From: a plasmid
Reading direction: 5' to 3' (one strand)
Assembly: GCF_055900595.2 (NCBI RefSeq)
Contig: NZ_JBVWEU010000003.1
DNA length: 64,000 nucleotides
The position numbers were made by a program, and so were the translations under genes. This document shows positions 31,082 through 40,499 of this stretch, piece after piece (the first letter of the stretch is position 1; every line of letters begins with the position of its first letter). The notes below the pieces were generated by a model. The model was given only the letters and a program-made list of their open reading frames with translations, searched no databases and had not been told where the DNA came from.

Positions 31082-31348
31082 ATGAGGCCATCAATTATCT
31101 TCGCAACCGCCGAGTATGTAAAGCGTCTGCGTGAAGAGTGCCGGCGGGAGAACAAACCCCTGCACCGCCATACCCGCTTCAGACGCCAGGAACTGGCACC
31201 GGATGAGATTAACCCGGACGTCCTGGCGATGGGCGGTCATATCGCCAGACGCTGCAGTGAGCGGAAGCGGGTGCGTATCCCCGCCATGAAAGTCAGCGAA
31301 TGGGGCCACCTGCTCCGCGCGCTTGAAATTGAGCGGGTCTGCCACTGA
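31082..31348 (+). CDS. Hypothetical basic small protein
   Basis: 88 aa starting MRPSIIF after a GGAG Shine-Dalgarno-like sequence. Confidence 0.35.
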   Translation: MRPSIIFATAEYVKRLREECRRENKPLHRHTRFRRQELAPDEINPDVLAMGGHIARRCSERKRVRIPAMKVSEWGHLLRALEIERVCH

Positions 31349-31412
31349 TTAACCCTTGCCGTCTGCCTGTGCAGGCGGCAGGATACGTTCAGACATCTCA
31401 CCAGGAGGAACC

Positions 31413-32330
31413 GTGAGTAAGAAGAAAACCACCACGACGCCCACGCCGCATGATGCCGCGTTCCGGTCGTTCCTGGCGAACCCCGACGTCGCCAGAGATT
31501 TTCTGGAACTGCATCTTCCGGCGGAGTACCGGCAGTTGTGCGACCTGTCCACGCTGAAGCTGGAACCCGCCACCTTTGTTGAGCCGGACCTGCATCAGTA
31601 CGCCAGCGATATCCTCTGGAGTGTGAAAACCACCGGGGGTGAAGACGGCTATATTTATACGCTCATCGAGCACCAGAGCACCGAAAATCTGTACATGCCT
31701 TTCCGCATGTTACGTTACAGTGTGGCGGCGATGCAGAGACATCTGGAGCAGCACAAAACATTGCCACTGGTGATTCCGGTGCTGTTCTATCATGGTGAGC
31801 GCAGCCCGTACCCGTACAGCATGAACTGGCTGGACTGTTTTGAGGATCCGGCACTTGCGGCTAAAATATACACAAAGCCGTTTCCGCTGGTTGATATCAC
31901 TGTCGTTGATGACAATGAAATCATGAACCATCGCCGGATGGCCGCACTGACGCTGCTGATGAAGCATATCCGTCAGCGGGATATGCTGATGTGTCTGGAC
32001 AACCTGGTCAGGGCACTGCAGGACATCCAGGATGAAGAGCAGATTACAGTTCTTTTCAACTATCTGCTTAATGGCAGCGAACATGTAACGGTTAAATTTT
32101 TGCAGACGCTGGCGCAGCGACTGCCGCAGCACGAGGACAGCATTATGACACTGGCAGAACGTCTTAAGCAGGAAGGAATACAGCAGGGAATACAGCAGGG
32201 AATACAGAAAGGCCGCATGGAGGAGAAGCTGGATATTGCGCGTCAGCTTCAGAAAACGGGAATGTCATTTGCACAAATCTGTCAGATCACCGGACTTTCT
32301 GAAGCCGAACTGAAAAAAATCGCCCACTGA
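31413..32330 (+). CDS. Rpn-family (YhgA-like) recombination-promoting nuclease
   Basis: GTG start 7 bp after AGGAGG; N-terminal HDAAFRSFLANPDVARDFLELHLP and YTLIEHQST motifs typical of Rpn proteins; C-terminal QQGIQQGIQQGIQKG tail. Confidence 0.7.
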   Translation: MSKKKTTTTPTPHDAAFRSFLANPDVARDFLELHLPAEYRQLCDLSTLKLEPATFVEPDLHQYASDILWSVKTTGGEDGYIYTLIEHQSTENLYMPFRMLRYSVAAMQRHLEQHKTLPLVIPVLFYHGERSPYPYSMNWLDCFEDPALAAKIYTKPFPLVDITVVDDNEIMNHRRMAALTLLMKHIRQRDMLMCLDNLVRALQDIQDEEQITVLFNYLLNGSEHVTVKFLQTLAQRLPQHEDSIMTLAERLKQEGIQQGIQQGIQKGRMEEKLDIARQLQKTGMSFAQICQITGLSEAELKKIAH

Positions 32331-32342
32331 GTAAACATCACA

Positions 32343-32368
32343 GCCCGGCAAAATGCCGGGCTTTTTTG
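32343..32368 (+). terminator. Rho-independent terminator after the Rpn gene
   Basis: GCCCGGCAAAATGCCGGGC hairpin followed by TTTTTT. Confidence 0.6.
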
Positions 32369-32394
32369 TCAGCAGGAGCAGAGCAAACAGCATG

Positions 32395-32550
32395 ACGATT
32401 GCAGAACGTCTTATTCAAAAAGGCGCTCTTGAAGTGGCGCGGGAAATAGCCTGCCGGCTTCGGGATATGGGCTGGACGCCGGAACGGATTCAGGAGGCAA
32501 CCGGACTTTCCGGTGAAGAACTGAAAAAACTGTTTCCTGATGAGCTGTAG
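32395..32550 (+). CDS. Free-standing small protein resembling the Rpn C-terminal tail (RpnS-like)
   Basis: MTIAERLIQKGALEVAREIACRLRDMGWTPERIQEATGLSGEELKKLF parallels the last ~55 aa of the adjacent Rpn (MTLAERLKQEG…ICQITGLSEAELKKIAH). Confidence 0.45.
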   Translation, partial: TIAERLIQKGALEVAREIACRLRDMGWTPERIQEATGLSGEELKKLFPDEL

Positions 32551-32580
32551 CCTGGCATTCTGCCAGGCTGTGAATCACGC

Positions 32581-32832
32581 TCACACATCCTCTGCCGTTT
32601 CCCCCAGTTCATTTTCCAGTCGCCTGATGATATCTGCCTTACGCATCCCCTGCATGTGAGGCAGCAGGTCACGGACTGAAAGAGCCTGGGTGGTCCTCCA
32701 GACGGTGACGTCCACCTGTTCCGCATTTTCCCAGGCGTGCCATGTTCTCTGCGTCACGCCAAATTCTCTGGCCGCTTTTTCGCGTGACCAGAGCATGCTT
32801 TTTCGCCAGATTCGCAGTTCCCAGCCGGTCAT
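32581..32832 (-). CDS. Putative small HTH DNA-binding regulator
   Basis: 83 aa; KAAREFGVTQRTWHAWE is HTH-like; divergent from the downstream operator-like palindromes. Confidence 0.4.
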   Translation of the reverse strand: MTGWELRIWRKSMLWSREKAAREFGVTQRTWHAWENAEQVDVTVWRTTQALSVRDLLPHMQGMRKADIIRRLENELGETAEDV

Positions 32833-32844
32833 AAAACACCTTTG

Positions 32845-32935
32845 AAAAAGTGAAAAAACTTCACTTTATTTTATCATCATAATCATCAAATCAGCGCGAT
32901 AAATAAGTGTGAAAAAGTGAAGAAATTTCACTTTT
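32845..32935. promoter_or_regulatory. Two operator-like palindromes AAAGTGAA-N5-TTCACTTT
   Basis: Two copies about 65 bp apart in an AT-rich spacer between the HTH gene and the family-B repeat. Confidence 0.4.
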
Positions 32936-33029
32936 TTTTGATTGTGGGTGTCGTGCTGTTTTCTCTGTTTTCACCTGTGCGGGAGTGGTGCGCCAGTGAC
33001 CACAGCATGCCGTTGTTGTGCCGTCGGTT

Positions 33030-33365
33030 TTCTCCGGTCGCGCCGGATGCGGCGCTCCCTGCACACCTGACGGTGTGTAAGGCCACTGCGCCTGATGGCG
33101 CAGCTGTCTCTGCCTGTCTGCCGCCGCACTGCGGCCCGTTCTCCGCAGACGGACTTTCCGGGGGTACATACACGACCACATCCCGTTTCAGTCGTCCAGG
33201 GGAGAGATGTACCAGCCACAAAACTTTTTGCCGCAGGCGTCAAAAACTTTTGCGTCTGCCCCCGGACAACTGCCCCGTGACGTGGTGAGCGTCCCCCGTC
33301 GGAAAGGTCCACTGCGGGGAAATCCCCGAAGACCCGGACGGCAGAAGGAGCTTCGCTCCTCCGGG
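33030..33365. repeat. Leading-region structured repeat, family B, copy 3 (partial)
   Basis: Shares the distal ~330 bp of copies 1 and 2; precedes the ORF at 33410. Confidence 0.6.
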
Positions 33366-33409
33366 AAATGACCTGGCTGACCCGGCAGTCGTGACGATGA
33401 GGAGACAAT

Positions 33410-34261
33410 GTGATGAATCAGACTTTACCCACTGCTGACCTGAATACTGCCGGCACGACAGATGTTATTCCGTCTGTGGCTATCGACCGCATCATCGCGC
33501 AGCGTAACGAAGGTATTACACTGTTCATGCAGGCGATGGAATGCCTGGCGACAGCGCGCAGGATTCTGCTCGATGCGTCAGGTGATATTTTTCTTTACGG
33601 GTTTGAAGACTGCGTGACTGATTCCGTTCGTCGCATGGATAAACCGGAAGAAGCGAAAAGGAATATCACCCGTCTTGCCGACCGGAAAATCTGGGACCGC
33701 CTGATGACAGATACGGGCATGTACACCTTCATGAGTTCATGCCAGCGTGATGAGTGGAACAGCCAGCTGATGAGCGACACCTGTCCTGAAATCACCCTGG
33801 ACAATGTACTGGCAACATTCCGCCATCTGAATGCCAGCAAAATGCAGACATTTGAACAGGGACTGATTGATGTCTACCGGAAATTGTCATGGGATTACAG
33901 AACCAATAATCCCTGCCGTCTGGGCAAGAAAATCATTATTGAAAACCTGCTGTACCGCTGGAGTAACGGGCGTGTGACGCTGGACTGCAGCGGACGGGAG
34001 GCACTGGATGACCTGGTACGTCCGTTTTATCTGCTGGAGGGGCGCAACGTTCCTGACTTCCGGAGCAGCATCGGGGCGCAGTATTGTGAATTTCTCGGGA
34101 ACGGCGACAATATCGGTGAGTTGTTTGAAGGGGAATATTTTACGGTGCGTGGCTACCAGAAAGGAACCGTACACATTGTCTTTAAGCGTTCTGACCTTGT
34201 TGAAAAACTGAATGATATTATTGCACGGCATTATCCTGGTGCATTGCCGCCACGAGTCTGA
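33410..34261 (+). CDS. Hypothetical 283-aa protein downstream of a family-B repeat
   Basis: GAGGAGA Shine-Dalgarno sequence before the ATG; followed by a terminator hairpin with a T-run (34272-34300). Confidence 0.5.
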   Translation: MMNQTLPTADLNTAGTTDVIPSVAIDRIIAQRNEGITLFMQAMECLATARRILLDASGDIFLYGFEDCVTDSVRRMDKPEEAKRNITRLADRKIWDRLMTDTGMYTFMSSCQRDEWNSQLMSDTCPEITLDNVLATFRHLNASKMQTFEQGLIDVYRKLSWDYRTNNPCRLGKKIIIENLLYRWSNGRVTLDCSGREALDDLVRPFYLLEGRNVPDFRSSIGAQYCEFLGNGDNIGELFEGEYFTVRGYQKGTVHIVFKRSDLVEKLNDIIARHYPGALPPRV

Positions 34262-34346
34262 TTAAACAGAAAAGCCCTGGTATTTATGCCGGGGCTTTTT
34301 TTTCTGTAATCATCATAATCTCAGAACACGATGTGACATTGTCACA

Positions 34347-34688
34347 TCAATTGTTGTTCATATCGATGCCATCTTTCCTGCCTGAATCTGTCTTTTTAGG
34401 TGCTGTTTTAGAGGAAGAACGGCGGGATGGTTTTTTCGATTCTGCTTCCCGAATAATGTCACGAAGTGCCTTCTCTCCTACTTCATACCCTGCATTTTTG
34501 AGCGTGTCACGAACATCTGCAAGTGTATAACCCTTTGTCCTTACCAGGACAATGATGTCATCACGAATGGCATCAAGAAAATCACGCAATGTTTTCCGTT
34601 GAGCGGTGAGGTCCGGCAATTCCGATAAGGCAGATTTTGCCAGCTGGATGTCATCATCTGAGTAAAATTTTTTAGAAGCCATTGGCAC
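34347..34688 (-). CDS. Hypothetical protein adjacent to oriT (possible DNA-binding accessory protein)
   Basis: 113-aa ORF with a basic Ser/Lys-rich C-terminus, divergent from nikA; family not recognised. Confidence 0.35.
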   Translation of the reverse strand: MPMASKKFYSDDDIQLAKSALSELPDLTAQRKTLRDFLDAIRDDIIVLVRTKGYTLADVRDTLKNAGYEVGEKALRDIIREAESKKPSRRSSSKTAPKKTDSGRKDGIDMNNN

Positions 34689-34719
34689 TGTCTCTCCGTT
34701 TCATGTTGAAGCCTGATTT

Positions 34720-34910
34720 TATCATCAAAAACTGACTCCTGGCAGGGCTGCGCCCTGCCTCTGCCGTCTGCATAAGACTATGATGCACAAAAATAACAGG
34801 CTATAATTGCATGAAAAACGGGACAGGATGTGGGAATGTCGGACCGCGCACGCGCACTCAGACATTCCCCACCTGGTCAGGGCTTTGCCCCGACACCCCG
34901 GTAAGGAGCA
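34720..34910. other. Origin of transfer (oriT) region
   Basis: Inverted repeats GGCAGGGC-TGC-GCCCTGCC and GGGAATGTC…GACATTCCC; minus-strand GGTGTCGGGGCAAAGCCCTGACCAGGTGG resembles the R64-type nick region as I recall it; lies directly upstream of nikA. Confidence 0.55.
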
Positions 34911-34914
34911 GACC

Positions 34915-35247
34915 ATGAGTGAGAAGAAAACCCGAACGGGCAGTGAGAACAGGAAGAGAATTGTAAAATTCACGGCGAGATTCACGGAGGATGAGGCTGA
35001 AATCGTAAGAGAAAAAGCGGAGTCAAGTGGACAGACGGTTTCAACATTTATACGAAGCTCTTCACTGGATAAGGTGGTTAACTGCCGTACTGACGACCGT
35101 ATGATTGATGAGATTATGCGTCTTGGCCGCCTTCAGAAGCATCTGTTTGTGGAGGGAAAACGCACTGGTGATAAGGAGTATGCAGAGGTTCTTGTTGCCA
35201 TTACTGAATATGTCAATGCTCTGCGAAGAGACTTAATGGGACGCTGA
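34915..35247 (+). CDS. nikA: Relaxosome accessory protein NikA (ribbon-helix-helix)
   Basis: 110 aa; RFTEDEAEIVREKAESSGQTVSTFIR…RLGRLQKHLFVEGKR matches NikA/MobC-like proteins; GGAG Shine-Dalgarno before the ATG. Confidence 0.85.
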   Translation: MSEKKTRTGSENRKRIVKFTARFTEDEAEIVREKAESSGQTVSTFIRSSSLDKVVNCRTDDRMIDEIMRLGRLQKHLFVEGKRTGDKEYAEVLVAITEYVNALRRDLMGR

Positions 35248-35258
35248 GATAACTGCTG

Positions 35259-37979
35259 ATGAATGCCATTATTCCGCACAAAAGACGTGACGGCAGGTCT
35301 TCCTTTGAAGACCTGATTGCGTACACGTCTGTGCGGGATGATGTGCAGGAAAATGAGCTCACAGAAGACAGCGAAATCAAGAGTGATGTCCCTCACCGCA
35401 ACCGTTTCAGACGGCTTGTTGATTATGCAACACGCCTGCGTAACGAAAAATTTGTCTCCCTGATTGATGTGATGAAAGACGGCAGTCAGTGGGTAAATTT
35501 CTATGGCGTAACCTGTTTCCATAACTGCAATTCACTGGAAACAGCTGCTGAAGAGATGCAGTACAAGGCGGACAAAGCTGTTTTTTCCCGTAATGATACA
35601 GACCCCGTTTTCCACTACATTCTTTCCTGGCCTGCGCATGAAAGCCCGCGTCCTGAGCAGCTTTTTGACTGTGTGCGTCACACACTGAAATCTCTTGAAC
35701 TCTCAAAACATCAGTACGTGGCTGCCGTTCATACGGACACGGATAATCTGCATGTGCATGTTGCCGTGAATCGTGTACATCCTGAAACTGGTTATATTAA
35801 CTGGCTTTCCTGGAGCCAGGAAAAACTCAGTCGTGCATGCCGTGAACTTGAACTTAAGCACGGATTTGCGCCGGATAATGGCTGCTTTGTGCATGCACCC
35901 GGCAACCGTATTGTGCGCAAAACAGCGCTGGTACGTGAGCGCCGTAATGCCTGGCGACGCGGGAAAAAGCAGACGTTCAGGGAATATATTGCGCAGATGT
36001 CGATTGCCGGGCTGCGTGAAGAGCCCGCACAGGACTGGTTATCTTTGCATAAACGGCTGGCCAGTGATGGTCTGTATATCACGATGCAGGAAGGGGAACT
36101 GGTGGTGAAGGATGGCTGGGACAGAGCGCGGGAAGGTGTTGCACTCAGTTCGTTCGGACCGTCATGGACAGCTGAAAAACTGGGGCGGAAACTGGGGGAA
36201 TATCAGCCTGTACCGACAGATATTTTCAGTCAGGTGGGGACACCCGGTCGTTATGATCCGGAAGCCATAAACGTGGATATCCGGCCGGAAAAAGTGGCAG
36301 AAACGGAGAGTCTGAAACAGTACGCCTGTCGTCACTTTGCTGAACGCTTACCGGAAATGGCGCGAAATGGTGAACTGAAAAGTTGCCTGGCTGTACACCG
36401 TACTCTGGCAGAGGCGGGATTATGGATGGGGATTCAGCACGGGCATCTGGTACTGCATGATGGATTTGATAAACAACAGACACCAGTACGTGCAGACAGT
36501 GTGTGGCCGTTAATGACGCTGGATTATATGCAGGATCTGGATGGTGGATGGCACTCTGTACCGAAGGATATTTTTACTCAGGTTATACCCGAAGAACGAT
36601 TCCGGGGACACAGTATTGGCACTCAGGCTGTCAGCGATTACGAATGGTATCGCATGAGGATGGGCACTGGTCCACAGGGTGCCATAAAGCGTGAACTGTT
36701 TTCCGATAAGGAAAGTCTGTGGGGATACGCTCTTATTCAGTGCAGGAGCCAGATTGAAGAGATGATAGCTGGCGGGGATTTCAGCTGGCAGGCATGTCAT
36801 GAGATGTTTGCGCGTAAAGGGCTTATGCTGCAGAAACAGCATCATGGTCTCGTGATTGTGGATGCGTTTAATCATGAACTGACACCGGTGAAGGCCAGCA
36901 GTATCCACCCGGATTTGACGTTATCCCGGGCCGAGCCTCAGGCCGGGCCATTTGAAATTGCGGCTGCAGATATTTTCGAACGGGTGAAGCCTGAATGTCG
37001 CTACAATCCGGAACTTGCTGCCAGTGATGAAGTGGAGCCCGGCTTCCGGCGCGATCCTGAGCTGCGTCGTGAGCGCCGTGAAGCCCGTGCAGCTGCGCGG
37101 GAAGATTTGCGTGCGCGTTATCTTGCATGGAAGGAACACTGGCGTAAACCCGATTTACGTTACGGCGAACGGTTGCGGGAAATTCATGCTGCCTGCCGTC
37201 GTCGCAAGGCTCATATCCGCGTGCAGTTCCGGGATCCACAATTGCGTAAACTGCATTACCATATTGCAGAAGTGCAACGTATGCAGGCGCTGATCAGACT
37301 GAAGGAAAATGTCAGGGAAGAGCGACTGGCGCTGATGGCGGAGGGTAAGTGGTATCCGTTGTCCTACCGGCAGTGGGTGGAACAACAGGCGGCGCAAGGC
37401 GACAGAGCTGCAGTGTCACAGCTCCGAGGCTGGGATTATCGCGATCGTCGCTCGCGTAATAAGGATAAAAGACGCACAACTAATGCTGATCGTTGTGTCG
37501 TTCTCTGCGAACCCGGAGGAACGCCACTTTTTAATAATGTTGCAAAACTTGAAGCTCGTCTTCAGAAAAATGGAAGTGTTCATTTCAGGGATACGCGGAC
37601 AGGAAAAAATGTCTGTACGGATTACGGAGATCGGGTTGTGTTCTACCATCACACGGACCGAAATGAACTGGCAGAGAAGCTTGATTTAATTGCGCCAGTT
37701 CTGTTCAGCCGCAACGGAAAGCTTGGTTTTGAGCCGGAAGGTTCATACCAGCAGTTTAATGATGTGTTTGCAGAAATGGTGGCCTGGCACAATGCAGCGG
37801 GAATAACCGGAAACGGACACTTCACCATTACTCGTCCGGACGTGGATTTGCACCGTCAACGCAGTGAGCAGTATTACCGGGAATATATCAGACAGCAGAC
37901 CCGTTTATCGGAGAGCCATGATGATAATTATACGTTACGGCAGGAGAAAACATGGGAGCCACCATCACCTGGAATGTAA
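35259..37979 (+). CDS. nikB: Relaxase NikB (MOBP family)
   Basis: 906 aa immediately after nikA; N-terminus contains HxDTDNLHVHVAVNRV (histidine triad). Confidence 0.85.
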   Translation: MNAIIPHKRRDGRSSFEDLIAYTSVRDDVQENELTEDSEIKSDVPHRNRFRRLVDYATRLRNEKFVSLIDVMKDGSQWVNFYGVTCFHNCNSLETAAEEMQYKADKAVFSRNDTDPVFHYILSWPAHESPRPEQLFDCVRHTLKSLELSKHQYVAAVHTDTDNLHVHVAVNRVHPETGYINWLSWSQEKLSRACRELELKHGFAPDNGCFVHAPGNRIVRKTALVRERRNAWRRGKKQTFREYIAQMSIAGLREEPAQDWLSLHKRLASDGLYITMQEGELVVKDGWDRAREGVALSSFGPSWTAEKLGRKLGEYQPVPTDIFSQVGTPGRYDPEAINVDIRPEKVAETESLKQYACRHFAERLPEMARNGELKSCLAVHRTLAEAGLWMGIQHGHLVLHDGFDKQQTPVRADSVWPLMTLDYMQDLDGGWHSVPKDIFTQVIPEERFRGHSIGTQAVSDYEWYRMRMGTGPQGAIKRELFSDKESLWGYALIQCRSQIEEMIAGGDFSWQACHEMFARKGLMLQKQHHGLVIVDAFNHELTPVKASSIHPDLTLSRAEPQAGPFEIAAADIFERVKPECRYNPELAASDEVEPGFRRDPELRRERREARAAAREDLRARYLAWKEHWRKPDLRYGERLREIHAACRRRKAHIRVQFRDPQLRKLHYHIAEVQRMQALIRLKENVREERLALMAEGKWYPLSYRQWVEQQAAQGDRAAVSQLRGWDYRDRRSRNKDKRRTTNADRCVVLCEPGGTPLFNNVAKLEARLQKNGSVHFRDTRTGKNVCTDYGDRVVFYHHTDRNELAEKLDLIAPVLFSRNGKLGFEPEGSYQQFNDVFAEMVAWHNAAGITGNGHFTITRPDVDLHRQRSEQYYREYIRQQTRLSESHDDNYTLRQEKTWEPPSPGM

Positions 37980-38198
37980 GCCCGGATAAGTGATGGTGCA
38001 AAGATTCAGCCCAAAAACGGCAGGAACCTTCGTCAATAAGGGCGGGAGTAGTCACTGAATTGAGTTTATACCCGGTTAACTCTGAATTAAGGGCCGTGTC
38101 TGCGGCCCTTATCCAGTGCGCCGTAAACCCCGGACTTAGTGAACAGGGTTTTACAGTCTGATTGACAGATATGGTCACCAGAAAATATTTGTATTCCT

Positions 38199-40499
38199 TC
38201 AGTATTTTTCGTCAGTTGTTGGTTGTGCTCCACATGATTTCTGGGGATGATCATTATTTATTGTCTGCGATTTATTATTTTCAGCGACCGGTAACAGTAT
38301 CTCCAGGGGGAGCAGGGTATTCAGAATCGCCTTCACTGAAGGTATATCTTCAGGACCGGAGTGTTCCTCTTCCGGACGATTCAGTGTGATATAACATACC
38401 CGGCGTTCTTCCCTGGTTGTGTTATTGATAGTGTGCACAGCCTTTTTCCACAGTTCGTTTGCCCGGGATTCGATATCTGTATCATATTGCGGAAGCAGAT
38501 CCAGTGATGTCTGCGCTGTTGCCAACCGGCGCTGGAATGTATCAATGATACGGTAAGGCTCTGTACGGTTTTTACGACGTTTACGGGATGGTTTTGCTGT
38601 CAGTACACCAATAATGCTGCTGACATGCTCCGGTGTGGGAAAACGGCGCTGCACTGTCCTGGGGACAAGACGGCGGAGACGTTCCAGTCGGGGGGCTTCA
38701 ACAGAGATATAACGGTTGATGACCACTGGATCACTGTCGCAACTTTTTTCGCTGTCCGGAATATACACAGAGGCTGACGGCACCACATCCCCCTGGAAAA
38801 CGGTAAAGAATTCACCGGCATTCAGTTTGATTAAATCCTGCACGTTGATTTTGCTTTCCATCTGGATTGTGATCTGGTTACCGTCCACCCAGGACTCTCC
38901 CATCACACCATCGTGGCGCTGCAGGCTGCCCATTCTGGCGCGGGCCTCTTCACCGGCGGCATTTTTCACCGTCCTTGCTGTTTTGTCGTCACTGACAATG
39001 CGTCCGGCGAATTTGGTGCCGGCGTTCTGCATCAGCGTGGCGGTGTTGGTGGCAGAAGTCTGCCCTTCGATTCGCTCCTGATCCTGCGCCGTCATTATCA
39101 GGGAGAACTCCAGTGAACGTACCTGGGTGGCCTCCACTGCAATGCGGTCCGTGTAGTAGGCACCGACTTCGTCAAGGATACAGATATAGGGGAAGCGGCC
39201 TTTGTATTTTTTGACTTCCAGGGTCTGTGCATCTGTGCCTTCCAGGCGGTAGCCCAGGTCACGGGCGAGGATCATGCTCTGCTGGGTGATGAACATACGA
39301 CCGAGTGCCGACGTGGTATGGGCTGATGTGTCCAGTGCGGGGATCATCACAATCAGAATTCGGTCGCTGTGGATACTGTCGCGAATATCGATGTCGCCGG
39401 CATCTGCCGCAAAGACGTCCCCGAAGGTTTCGGCAAAGGTTGTGAACGTTTCCGAGAACTGACCGGAGAGATAAGCATGCTGTTTACGGGGCTCCTCAGT
39501 CCAGGCTGACGGCGTTCTCACCAGTGACATATCGAATCCCGGGACATCCTGCAGGTAGTTTCGCAGTGGTGCGATAGCTTCTTCCGGCCACTGGTCATCA
39601 AGGCCACGGCAATAGAGTTTTGCCATCCCTTCCAGCGTCATATGTTCCCGTAACATATGCAGGGACATGGTTTTACCTTCCCGGACGCACCAGAATTTTG
39701 TGCCAAAGACCAGGGCCTTGTTCATGGCTATCGCCCGTGACTGCCATTCACCGCCCTGAACGTTCTGGGGCAGCATGGACTGCATGGTTTCGGCGGTGAA
39801 GGCTTCGGTGCTGAATGCGAACGGGTTCCAGGTGTTTGACTGTGGGCGGGATTTATCGCCACTCTGAATGACTTCACTGCGGGATTTTCCGCCGTTCATG
39901 AAGTTGATGACCTCGATATCATCCTCCCGGCCAAAACGTCGGGAGAGATACCAGATTGTCCTCGTGGTATCGTTCTGTGCCTTTCCGTCAACAAAGGTAA
40001 AGCCTCTTCCCCAGCAGAGCGGGTTGAGCAGCCAGGCAAAGGTGGTTTCTGTTTTACCGCCACCGGTGGTGGAAAAAAATATGATATGCCGGGTGAGGTC
40101 ATCCATGCTCAGCCAGAGCTCACGACCGATATCGTTGATACGGCGGTAACCGACATAAAAAATCCCCCGTGCGGGGGATGTTTCATCTGCTTCATACTGA
40201 AACAGGGTAGGCCAGAAGCTGAAGAGGCTTCGCCTGACCTTTCTGTCCTGGGAGGGGTCATCAAGGCTGAGCGTCATGGGCATACGCAGGGGGCATCGCC
40301 AGCGTTGCAGCGTGAATATCACGGAGGTGACCAGGGTGAACAGCAGACAGACAGGAAGGGCCAGTGGCCATATCAGGGCCGTAATGATACTGCCAGCCAG
40401 ACACAGACCAATGATGTTCAGGTTGTGCAGTGCATTCCACAGCGGGTTTCCCCAGGCCGTGCGGTGTATGAGGTCAGGATTAACGTGATGCTGGCTCAT
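38199..40499 (-). CDS. trbC: TrbC-like conjugal transfer protein (membrane-anchored ATPase-type)
   Basis: 766 aa; N-terminal transmembrane helices then Walker A STTGGGKTE; last gene of a trbA-trbB-trbC array convergent on oriT. Confidence 0.75.
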   Translation of the reverse strand: MSQHHVNPDLIHRTAWGNPLWNALHNLNIIGLCLAGSIITALIWPLALPVCLLFTLVTSVIFTLQRWRCPLRMPMTLSLDDPSQDRKVRRSLFSFWPTLFQYEADETSPARGIFYVGYRRINDIGRELWLSMDDLTRHIIFFSTTGGGKTETTFAWLLNPLCWGRGFTFVDGKAQNDTTRTIWYLSRRFGREDDIEVINFMNGGKSRSEVIQSGDKSRPQSNTWNPFAFSTEAFTAETMQSMLPQNVQGGEWQSRAIAMNKALVFGTKFWCVREGKTMSLHMLREHMTLEGMAKLYCRGLDDQWPEEAIAPLRNYLQDVPGFDMSLVRTPSAWTEEPRKQHAYLSGQFSETFTTFAETFGDVFAADAGDIDIRDSIHSDRILIVMIPALDTSAHTTSALGRMFITQQSMILARDLGYRLEGTDAQTLEVKKYKGRFPYICILDEVGAYYTDRIAVEATQVRSLEFSLIMTAQDQERIEGQTSATNTATLMQNAGTKFAGRIVSDDKTARTVKNAAGEEARARMGSLQRHDGVMGESWVDGNQITIQMESKINVQDLIKLNAGEFFTVFQGDVVPSASVYIPDSEKSCDSDPVVINRYISVEAPRLERLRRLVPRTVQRRFPTPEHVSSIIGVLTAKPSRKRRKNRTEPYRIIDTFQRRLATAQTSLDLLPQYDTDIESRANELWKKAVHTINNTTREERRVCYITLNRPEEEHSGPEDIPSVKAILNTLLPLEILLPVAENNKSQTINNDHPQKSCGAQPTTDEKY

